Shown here one piece after another: positions 7,785 through 15,514 of a stretch of DNA of 44,374 nt. The position numbers and the translations under genes are program-made. The first letter of the stretch is position 1. Every line of letters starts with the position of its first letter. This DNA is from a virus (Duplodnaviria; Heunggongvirae; Uroviricota; Caudoviricetes): IMG/VR virus record IMGVR_UViG_2534681761_000010; one strand, written 5' to 3'. The notes under the pieces are model-generated. The model was not told the DNA's origin. It did not search any database and saw only the letters and a list, made by a program, of their open reading frames with translations.

Positions 7785-9134
7785 TTATTCCGTTTTACAT
7801 ATCATAGTAGTCGATTGGAGAATATAGTTTCTGGGAATGTACTCTTCAAAGTGTTCGTCCTTTTTAAATACATGAACTACATTTGGGAATAATTGATAGT
7901 CAACAGGGTGTATAGCGTTTGGATTATGGTACATGTACATGGCTGTACACCATGGTTCTTGATAGTTAGGGTCACTTACATCGGCTGAAAATGGATGTGG
8001 GGCTGCATCCTGATCAGTTTTAACACCACTGACGTACACTTTGAATCCACTCGCCTCTACACCTGCAAGAATTCCCATCCGGTTAAACTTAGGTATGGTT
8101 GCTTGAGTAGTGAGTAAAACGGCAGAAACATAATTATTTTGTTCTGAGCCAAAAAAGTTCGACTTGATACTTCTATTTTCATCTGTATGTCTTTCAATAG
8201 AAATGCCTGACTCAATATCAATCCCGTACAAATAGCTATGCAAGGCTTCGCTTGAGAAGGCCATGGACATTCTTTTTGAATAATCCTGCATTGCTATGAC
8301 AAATGGTTTGTTCTTTGTATGGTTGAGTTCCCAGTAATGAACTTTCTCTGGCTCAGGGCAATGCCGGACTTTTTTTAATAAACTTCTTGCAAACTTAAAA
8401 GGCATGACATTTAGAACATGTTTTCTTAATTCATCCATCTGTTCATCGTTAATGACTTTTCTTTCAAGAGGGGCTTCTGCTTCAGCAATGCTTACAGCCT
8501 CTACAGCAATTTCCACTCCAAATTTAGATAGCAGAAAATCTGGTTGATTGTATTCTCTATTCATTTCAAAGTCGAGTTCATAAAATACAGCGTTCAAATA
8601 TAATTCAAATAACCTTGAATTAAATGCATCACTTTGAAAATCCCTTATAAATATTCCATCAGGATCTTTGAACCAGTATGCAAGTTCCTCAAGAACAATA
8701 TATGCAGGGAAATGAAGAGGGTCTTCGAGGAGCATTTTTATATAAACATTCCTTTTTTTCGCTGGGACCTTACTCAAGAATAATGAAAAAGGTTTGGTTG
8801 ATTCATCGCCTTGCATGAATGTACCATTTTGGTGCTGCGCCAGCATCTTTGGTATGTCATCGTTCAAATTATTAAGCAAGACATCCATTGAATCAAATGA
8901 AGCCAAGACGTTTATTGCTCTGAATTTTTTATCTAAATCCCGACCTAAGACTATTGCGTTAAAATCTTTATCAATATTGCATATGATTATTGTGGATAAC
9001 AATGTTATCCCATTCCCCTCATATTTAAACCAGCGTATCTCCTCAGAAAATGTCTTAAGGTAAGGTGAGCGACCGTAAAAATAAATATCAAATTGTTCTT
9101 TGCTGATCTCACTGAAGTGTAATCCTGCGTTCAT
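7785..9134 (-). CDS. Hypothetical 449-aa protein (AT-rich cargo gene; no motif recognised)
   Basis: Long ORF with AAGGA SD; AT-rich; divergent from the small recombinase gene. Confidence 0.55.
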   Translation of the reverse strand: MNAGLHFSEISKEQFDIYFYGRSPYLKTFSEEIRWFKYEGNGITLLSTIIICNIDKDFNAIVLGRDLDKKFRAINVLASFDSMDVLLNNLNDDIPKMLAQHQNGTFMQGDESTKPFSLFLSKVPAKKRNVYIKMLLEDPLHFPAYIVLEELAYWFKDPDGIFIRDFQSDAFNSRLFELYLNAVFYELDFEMNREYNQPDFLLSKFGVEIAVEAVSIAEAEAPLERKVINDEQMDELRKHVLNVMPFKFARSLLKKVRHCPEPEKVHYWELNHTKNKPFVIAMQDYSKRMSMAFSSEALHSYLYGIDIESGISIERHTDENRSIKSNFFGSEQNNYVSAVLLTTQATIPKFNRMGILAGVEASGFKVYVSGVKTDQDAAPHPFSADVSDPNYQEPWCTAMYMYHNPNAIHPVDYQLFPNVVHVFKKDEHFEEYIPRNYILQSTTMICKTE

Positions 9135-9256
9135 ACCAATTCCTTTTCAATGAATAATTGGCCTTTAGGAGTGATTCCCTTTGTCTTTAATTCAGTTCTA
9201 ACTAGTTCTTTAATCCAATAGCCTAAGCTCATCATGCAGTTGGATCATAAGACAAC

Positions 9257-9285
9257 GCCCTATAGTGCTCGTGATACTATAGGGC
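9257..9285. promoter_or_regulatory. Perfect inverted repeat GCCCTATAGT-N9-ACTATAGGGC in divergent intergenic region
   Basis: 10-bp perfect arms with 9-nt spacer, between the 449-aa gene and the recombinase gene. Confidence 0.4.
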
Positions 9286-9419
9286 ATCTGACCACACTGT
9301 TAACTGGAGTAACGACTATGGCAGGAATACAGCATAACCAAACTCACCCCAAACTTACATAGCGCTTTCTGGCCGTGAGCATAACAAGGTCCACTCCTCG
9401 CTCATAAGGGACAACCATA

Positions 9420-9450
9420 CTCAAATCTCCCACATTGCAGGAGATTTGAG
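9420..9450. promoter_or_regulatory. Perfect inverted repeat CTCAAATCTCC-N9-GGAGATTTGAG overlapping the recombinase Shine-Dalgarno
   Basis: 11-bp perfect arms; right arm contains the GGAG SD, ending 1 nt before ATG at 9452. Confidence 0.45.
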
Positions 9451-9451
9451 T

Positions 9452-10054
9452 ATGAACACGTCACCGTGGAACAAAGACCGTATCATAGGCCAAAAAAGAC
9501 CACTTCAGATATCTCATATCTGGGGTATCCGAATCCGACTTGAACTGGAAGGTAAAACTCGCGATTTAGCTCTGTTCAACATGGCCCTGGATAGTAAGCT
9601 TCGAGGCTGTGATCTGGTCAAACTCAAAGTATCTGATGTTGCATATGGTGGCTCTGTTTCAAGCAGAGCAACGGTGTTGCAACAGAAAACCGGTAGCCCT
9701 GTTCAATTTGAGATAACCAAAGGGACAAGAGAAGCTGTTGCTGCATTGATACAGCTTAGCAATTTGCACAGTAAAGACTTCTTGTTTCGGTCTAGGGTCG
9801 GAACTAACCAGCACATTTCAACCCGGCAATACAACCGAATCTTTCATGGGGGGGTAGAAAAGCTTGGTCTCGAAGATTCGCTTTACAGCACACATTCCAT
9901 GAGAAGAACAAAACCTTACCTGATCTACAAGAAAACCAAGAATCTCCGGGTGATCCAACTTCTGTTGGGTCATAAGAAACTGGAAAGCACAGTCCGTTAT
10001 CTGGGCATTGAAGTCGATGATGCGTTAGAGATTTCTGAATCGATTGAAGTCTAA
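9452..10054 (+). CDS. Small tyrosine recombinase (FimB/FimE/Xer catalytic-domain size class, about 200 aa)
   Basis: Box I-like ALDSKLRGCDLVKLKVSDV (Arg), HSMRRT (H-x-x-R), LLGHKKLESTVRYLG (His..Tyr); too short to carry the arm-binding domain of phage integrases. Confidence 0.7.
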   Translation: MNTSPWNKDRIIGQKRPLQISHIWGIRIRLELEGKTRDLALFNMALDSKLRGCDLVKLKVSDVAYGGSVSSRATVLQQKTGSPVQFEITKGTREAVAALIQLSNLHSKDFLFRSRVGTNQHISTRQYNRIFHGGVEKLGLEDSLYSTHSMRRTKPYLIYKKTKNLRVIQLLLGHKKLESTVRYLGIEVDDALEISESIEV

Positions 10055-10060
10055 GGTTGT

Positions 10061-10082
10061 CAGGGCTGCAACAGCAGCCCTG
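10061..10082 (+). terminator. Stem-loop (9-bp perfect stem CAGGGCTGC, 4-nt loop) directly after recombinase stop; no U-tract
   Basis: CAGGGCTGC-AACA-GCAGCCCTG starting 7 nt after the stop codon. Confidence 0.3.
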
Positions 10083-10413
10083 TGCCATAAGCGGAAGTAT
10101 TTAACAACTATCAGTGTTGTTCAACAGATAAAGGGGCACTTGATTTTTTCTGTTCTCAGGAAATGATAAAAGCGCGTCGGTTCAAGCCTGCTTAACGGGA
10201 GTTTGTTAATCCTGTTGCCGTGACGTTTTGACACCATTATGATGGGGAGACACTTAATGTATGAAGGTTCCGCCACTTATACCTGTCCAACAACTGCCTC
10301 GGATGTTTCTTTGTATGAATAAGTGGTAATGAGTAGTGAATCGCTAACAGTCACCCGAACAATCGGTGCCTGCAATTAATTCTATATTCTAAACGAGGGG
10401 GAGATTATTACAC

Positions 10414-11394
10414 ATGAAATTTAAGGACAAGAACCTTAAGGCTCTCGCGGAATGTATCATAGGAGATAATAAGGCATTTCTGTATCGTTCAAGCAGTCAC
10501 ATCACTGAATTTTTCCAGGACTGCGGCATGGATGTTACTCATGACGGATCCACTCGGTGGAAATGGACGGCCCAGAGGCTTGAAGAACTTCTTTATGAGC
10601 CACAGTCAAAGCCACATACTTTGCCGGAAAGGTTTGTTCATGTGCTCAGAACTTTAATGTTAAAAGAAGATGCAATGGATGACGATCCAGGAAGATTAAA
10701 GGCGCTTGAAGAACTGAACAAGCCTTTGATGCGGGAAGGCTATGAGGCATTCTATGGTGACGATCGCCTTTTGTATATACGCCATACCGATACCAAAACG
10801 GTTTCAGTCAGTAATAACCCTCATCGGCCCTTAACGCCTCACGAAGTAGAATGCAGAAGGTTACTGACCGCGTTTCTTGATACCTGCTCAGAAGATGAGT
10901 TAATAGAAGATATTCTCCTTCCTTTATTCCGGCAACTTGGTTTTCACCGGATAACAGCAGTGGGACATAAAGATAAAGCGCTGGAATACGGGAAAGACAT
11001 CTGGATGAAGTTCACACTGCCAACTCAGCATGTTCTTTATTTCGGCATTCAGGCAAAAAAAGGTAAGTTGGATGCGTCCGGTGCCAGCAAATCTACGAAT
11101 TCAAACGTGGCAGAAATCTTCAACCAGGTACTGATGATGCTTGGCCATGAAATATTTGACCCAGAAACAAATAGAAAGGTGCTGGTAGATCATGCCTTTA
11201 TCGTTGCTGGCGGAGAAATTACTAAACAGGCGAGGAACTGGCTGGGCGGGAAACTTGATGCCAGCAAAAGAAGCCAGATAATATTTATGGACCGGGAAGA
11301 CATTCTTAATTTATATACTGTAAGTAATGTACCTCTGCCAACAGGTGCTCTCATCTCTGATGATGCCGTTAAGAACGATGATATTCCTTTCTAA
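10414..11394 (+). CDS. Hypothetical 326-aa protein, possible PD-(D/E)xK-like nuclease fold
   Basis: Strong SD GAGGGGGAG; motif GKDIWMKF...YFGIQAKKGK is compatible with D...(E/Q)xK but unverified. Confidence 0.5.
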   Translation: MKFKDKNLKALAECIIGDNKAFLYRSSSHITEFFQDCGMDVTHDGSTRWKWTAQRLEELLYEPQSKPHTLPERFVHVLRTLMLKEDAMDDDPGRLKALEELNKPLMREGYEAFYGDDRLLYIRHTDTKTVSVSNNPHRPLTPHEVECRRLLTAFLDTCSEDELIEDILLPLFRQLGFHRITAVGHKDKALEYGKDIWMKFTLPTQHVLYFGIQAKKGKLDASGASKSTNSNVAEIFNQVLMMLGHEIFDPETNRKVLVDHAFIVAGGEITKQARNWLGGKLDASKRSQIIFMDREDILNLYTVSNVPLPTGALISDDAVKNDDIPF

Positions 11395-11618
11395 TCAGAA
11401 GTACGTCTTTTTCTGAAAGAATACGTGATAGGTAGCCACACCACACCTTTAGTGACCCCTTAATCTGGTAATATAACAGCCCGTATGAATGTCCGCGGCA
11501 TCGCGGGCTGAAATTTATTAAAAATACTTATTCATCAAGCTGGAGTAGTTTGCCGAGTAACTGTAAACGCCCAACTTAACCGGACCATTCACTTTTAGAT
11601 TGCTACCAGCAAACCAAC

Positions 11619-11642
11619 TTCCGTTTCTCGCTCAAAGCGGAC
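11619..11642. repeat. 24-bp palindromic element copy C (TTCCGTTTC-TCGCTC-AAAGCGGAC)
   Basis: About 20 of 24 identical to B1 by eye, same spacer TCGCTC; marks the right edge of the AT-rich island. Confidence 0.55.
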
Positions 11643-12122
11643 TAGAAGGTTAGCTTGCGTCGGACTTGGCGTATTTAAAGAAGTGCTGGTGGTAACTGGT
11701 TGTTGTGTTCCATTTCTACAAAACAAAATCACAGAAACTATACCCAATAGTTATATTGAATCAATGATGAGACAGCCTCATATTTATCAGAACTGGTGTA
11801 CGTCCAATACAGGAGGTTGTCGTGCTGGTTCTCAAATATGCGCTAGCTATTGCGGCTGTAATGGCAATTTATTGTCTTGCTATTGTTCTTACGGATCGCC
11901 TTTCTGATTGATTTTATATTGGCGAGGTGACGGGAGTTAAGTAGAATTGCTGCGGGTGCTTGAGGCTATCTGCCTCAGGCATGAACACCAAAGGCAGATA
12001 GAGAAAAGCCCCAGTTAACATTACGCGTCCTGCAAGACGTTTAACATTAATCTGAGGCTCAATCTATGAACGGCAAATCTAGGTTAGCCTCTTACGTGCC
12101 GAAAGGCAAGGAGAAGCAGGCT

Positions 12123-12278
12123 ATGAAGCAGCAAAAGGCGATGTTAATCGCCCTGATCGTCATCTGTTTAACCGTCATAATGACGGCACTGGTAACGAGG
12201 AAAGACCTCTGCGAGGTACGAATCCGAACCGGCCAGACGGAGGTCGCTGTCTTCACAGCTTACGAACCTGAGGAGTAA
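12123..12278 (+). CDS. hok: Hok/Gef-family type I toxin (51 aa)
   Basis: MKQQKAMLIALIVICLTVI.TALVTRKDLCEVRIRTGQTEVAVFTAYEPEE matches the Hok family; AAGGAG SD; in-frame upstream extension from 12066 may be mok-like. Confidence 0.8.
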   Translation: MKQQKAMLIALIVICLTVIMTALVTRKDLCEVRIRTGQTEVAVFTAYEPEE

Positions 12279-12346
12279 GAGACCAGGCGGGGGAGAATCC
12301 CTCGCCACCTCTGATGTGTCAGGCATCCTCAACGCACCCGCACTTA

Positions 12347-12372
12347 ACCCGCTTCGGCGGGTTTTTGTTTTT
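12347..12372 (+). terminator. Rho-independent terminator / hok mRNA 3' stem-loop
   Basis: ACCCGC-TTCG-GCGGGT followed by a T-run. Confidence 0.6.
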
Positions 12373-12493
12373 ATTTTCAACGCGTTTGAAGTTCTGGACG
12401 GTGCCGGAATAGAATCAAAAATACTTAAGTAGCGCGCAGGGATAAGAGGGATGGTCCCTTAAAGGGGAGAGCTAATTATCCGGAAGGATTCTG

Positions 12494-12745
12494 ATGATGA
12501 ACATCGAAGAACTGCGTAAAATTTTTTGTGAAGATGGCCTCTATGCTGTGTGCGTTGAAAATGGAAATCTTGTTAGTCATTACCGCATTATGTGTTTGCG
12601 AAAGAATGGGGCTGCGTTAATTAATTTTGTGGATGGTCGAGTGACAGACGGATTTATCTTGCGCGAAGGTGAGTTTGTCACTTCATTACAGGCACTGAAA
12701 GAGATTGGAATAAAAGCAGGCTTTTCAGCTTTTGCAGAAGAATAA
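12494..12745 (+). CDS. Small protein, Rem-like by size and position (83 aa)
   Basis: GGAAGGA SD; sits between hok and the DUF968-like gene, as rem does in the E. coli Qin prophage (recollection). Confidence 0.45.
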   Translation: MMNIEELRKIFCEDGLYAVCVENGNLVSHYRIMCLRKNGAALINFVDGRVTDGFILREGEFVTSLQALKEIGIKAGFSAFAEE

Positions 12746-12811
12746 ACTCATCTACAATCTTGCGCGGGGCTGAACTCCCGCTGAGTAACACCGTGCCACC
12801 GGAGAAAACCG

Positions 12812-13090
12812 ATGGCACGCAACGTAAAATATTACAATTCTGATAATTCGCCCGTTCTTGCCTGCACGCACGAGCGGTATTCTCACGCATTCAAGTCTGA
12901 ATGGTTCCAGCACCCTCCATGCACTGAAGAGCAGGCTGAATGGATAATTCAGTGTTACCGCAGGCGCGGATACGAGGTTAAGAAAGCTCTTAGTCTCGAC
13001 TACCGTCACTGGATAATCTCAGTCAGATTGCCTTACTCCGAACGCCCACCGCGTCCGTCCCGTACATTCCAGCAACGCATCTGGAGGTAA
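12812..13090 (+). CDS. Hypothetical 92-aa protein
   Basis: GGAGAAA SD; nin-region-like position. Confidence 0.4.
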   Translation: MARNVKYYNSDNSPVLACTHERYSHAFKSEWFQHPPCTEEQAEWIIQCYRRRGYEVKKALSLDYRHWIISVRLPYSERPPRPSRTFQQRIWR

Positions 13091-13091
13091 C

Positions 13092-14147
13092 GTGCGGGTA
13101 TTACTTCGACCTGTTCTGGTACCGGAACTCGGGCTGGTGGTCGTTAAGCCGGGCCGTGAATCCATGCCGGTATTCCACAATACCCGGGTACTGGTGGAGC
13201 CGGAACCGAAAAGCATGCGTAATCTGCCGTCCGGGGTCGTTCCTGCCGTTCGCCAGCCGCTGGTGGAAGACAAAACATTGCTGCCGTTTTTCAGTAACGC
13301 ACGGGTAATTCGTGCTGCTGGTGGTGCTGGTGCATTGTCTGACTGGCTGTTGCGCCATATTAAATCCTGCCAGTGGCCACACGGCGATTATCATCACAGC
13401 GAAACCGTTATTCACCGATATGGTACCGGCGCAATGGTGTTGTGCTGGCACTGCGACAACCAGCTGCGTGACCAGACATCCGAATCACTCGAGCAACTTG
13501 CTCATCAAAACCTGTCAGCATGGATGATTGATGTCATACGCCATGCAATGAATGGCACGCAGGAGCGGGAATTATCGCTGGCTGAATTATCCTGGTGGGC
13601 AACCATAAATAACGTAGCGGACGCACTACCGGAGACGGTATTACGTCGTTCGCTGGGATTACGCGCGGAAAAAATCCGCTCGGTGTACCGCGAAAGCGAC
13701 ATCATACCGGGAGAGCAGACAGCCACCAGCATCCTGAAACAGCGCACAAAAAGTATTGCGCTACTGCCTCACGCCCACCAGCAAAACCCGCCACAGGAAA
13801 AGACGGTGGTCAGCATTGCCGTTGATCCGGAGTCACCGGCTCAGTATCTCCAGCGCCAGAAACCACAACGGGAAGAGATGCCCGTATACACGCGCTGGGT
13901 AAAAACGCAGAAATGCATGACGTGTGGCAATCAGGCAGATGATCCGCATCACATCATTGGTCATGGACTGGGAGGGATGGGAACAAAGGCTGATGATTTG
14001 TTTGTTATTCCGCTGTGCCGTAAATGCCATAGCGAACTACACGCCGGGGTAAAAGATTTTGAAGAAAAACACGGCAGCCAGCTGTTGTTGCTGATTCGTT
14101 TTTTAATGCACGCGAGAAATTCGGGTGTCCTGAAGTGGAAAGCATGA
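13092..14147 (+). CDS. DUF968 (YdfU-like) protein with C-terminal HNH/zinc-ribbon-like motif
   Basis: GTG start with GGAGG SD; C-terminal CMTCGN...HHIIGH...CRKCHSELH metal-binding motif; precedes rusA as in lambdoid nin regions. Confidence 0.55.
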   Translation: MRVLLRPVLVPELGLVVVKPGRESMPVFHNTRVLVEPEPKSMRNLPSGVVPAVRQPLVEDKTLLPFFSNARVIRAAGGAGALSDWLLRHIKSCQWPHGDYHHSETVIHRYGTGAMVLCWHCDNQLRDQTSESLEQLAHQNLSAWMIDVIRHAMNGTQERELSLAELSWWATINNVADALPETVLRRSLGLRAEKIRSVYRESDIIPGEQTATSILKQRTKSIALLPHAHQQNPPQEKTVVSIAVDPESPAQYLQRQKPQREEMPVYTRWVKTQKCMTCGNQADDPHHIIGHGLGGMGTKADDLFVIPLCRKCHSELHAGVKDFEEKHGSQLLLLIRFLMHARNSGVLKWKA

Positions 14148-14525
14148 ATGACTGAACGCATAGAATTTGTTTTGCCTTACCCGCCAACGGTGAACACTTA
14201 CTGGCGACGTCGTGGCAGCACATATTTTGTATCAAAAGCCGGTGAGCGTTATCGCCGTGATGTGGCGCTTATTGTTCGCCAGCAGCGGCTGAAATTAAAC
14301 CTGTCCGGAAGGCTGGCGATAAAGGTGATTGCAGAGCCACCGGATAAGCGCCGCCGCGACCTGGACAATATCCTGAAGGCACCACTGGATGCGCTGACGC
14401 ATGCCGGACTACTTATAGACGACGAGCAGTTTGATGAAATCAATATTGTGCGCGGTCAGCTCGTTCCTGGTGGGCGGCTGGGCGTGAAGATTTGCGAAAT
14501 CAGAGGCGATGGTAATGGGGCGTGA
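14148..14525 (+). CDS. rusA: Holliday junction resolvase RusA
   Basis: LPYPPTVNTYWRRRG...DKRRRDLDNILKAPLDALTHAGLLIDD matches RusA catalytic motifs; start overlaps upstream stop. Confidence 0.8.
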   Translation: MTERIEFVLPYPPTVNTYWRRRGSTYFVSKAGERYRRDVALIVRQQRLKLNLSGRLAIKVIAEPPDKRRRDLDNILKAPLDALTHAGLLIDDEQFDEINIVRGQLVPGGRLGVKICEIRGDGNGA

Positions 14526-14865
14526 TATGTATGAGGTTTTAGATCGCTGGGGGGCATGGGCTGCAGCAGAAAATAGCGGTGTCGATTGGCAACCGATAGC
14601 AGCGGGCTTCAAGGGGCTTTTGCCACATGGCAAAAAGTCACGTCTCCAGTGTGATGATGATGAAGGCATCATGATAGACGGTTGTGTGGCTCGGTTGCGA
14701 AAGTATAAACCAGAGGAATATGAGCTGCTCATAGCTCACTTTGTTATTGGTGTTTCTCTACGCTCAATCGCGAAGAAACGCAGGTGCTCAGATGGAACTA
14801 TAAGAAAGGAGCTGCAAACTGCATTAGGCTTTATTGATGGATGTATATGCTTGATTCTATCATAA
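14509..14865 (+). CDS. Late-gene antiterminator Q-like protein (short Q family)
   Basis: 118 aa immediately after rusA; C-terminal HTH-like segment; assignment mostly positional. Confidence 0.45.
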   Translation: MVMGRDMYEVLDRWGAWAAAENSGVDWQPIAAGFKGLLPHGKKSRLQCDDDEGIMIDGCVARLRKYKPEEYELLIAHFVIGVSLRSIAKKRRCSDGTIRKELQTALGFIDGCICLILS

Positions 14866-14878
14866 GTTATGACTGTTA

Positions 14879-15265
14879 CTACTCGTTTGCTTGAGCTTTC
14901 GATTCGGCGTCAGATAAAGCATCAATACGAATATTTATGTTTTTTAATAGCTTATTGTCTAGATCGATAAGACATTGGTTGTAGTGCGCAATTTGGTCTG
15001 GTGTTAGGTTAGGGTTGGCCAGGCAGTTCGTGATGAATTTTCTGGCCGTTTTTATTTCCCTTTTCATTCTTACATCATTAAGCGTAGGCAAACCTATGTA
15101 AGCGATAAGAAGAATTACCACATGAGATAAGCCGACAGCAGCTCCAGGCGCCAATGATTTGAAGAAGGCTAATTGAGGAAGCCAGTCAAAAAGGAAATTC
15201 AATCCCGCAGTGATAAGGGTGGTAAACCATGCCTGCATTGCCAGGTAGGATTTAGTGTTCGCCAT
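14879..15265 (-). CDS. Membrane protein (2 predicted TM helices), third gene of divergent cargo operon
   Basis: Hydrophobic N-terminal half; start abuts stop of upstream gene; AT-rich. Confidence 0.5.
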   Translation of the reverse strand: MANTKSYLAMQAWFTTLITAGLNFLFDWLPQLAFFKSLAPGAAVGLSHVVILLIAYIGLPTLNDVRMKREIKTARKFITNCLANPNLTPDQIAHYNQCLIDLDNKLLKNINIRIDALSDAESKAQANE

Positions 15266-15511
15266 TCACCTTCCTGCACTTGCTTCGTTGCGAGTTTTGA
15301 GTTCGCGTAGCAGTAGCGCCAACTCTTCTGCGTCATTTTCGTTTCTAACGCTGACTTTCCTTTTAGCGGTTCTGCCTTCAGGATCGGTGTAGGTTAGTTC
15401 AATATACGCATTCGGCTTTACCCAAACCAAGAACCTAAGCACAGCATATCTGACCGTCGCTGCGACAGCCATGAATACAGTGATGTAAAGCATAATGCTT
15501 AGGATTGACAT
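15266..15511 (-). CDS. Small membrane protein (N-terminal TM helix), second gene of cargo operon
   Basis: MSILSIMLYITVFMAVAATV TM segment; 3-nt gap to upstream gene. Confidence 0.5.
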   Translation of the reverse strand: MSILSIMLYITVFMAVAATVRYAVLRFLVWVKPNAYIELTYTDPEGRTAKRKVSVRNENDAEELALLLRELKTRNEASAGR

Positions 15512-15514
15512 GAT

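Noticed and set aside
9135-9451. A fim-switch-like invertible promoter between the divergent 449-aa and recombinase genes (interval about 311 bp, similar to fimS)
   Set aside because: I could not find a convincing pair of distant inverted repeats (9 bp or longer) bracketing the interval; only local palindromes and one 7-bp inverted pair (AGGAGTG / CACTCCT). Kept as a check within the recombinase finding.
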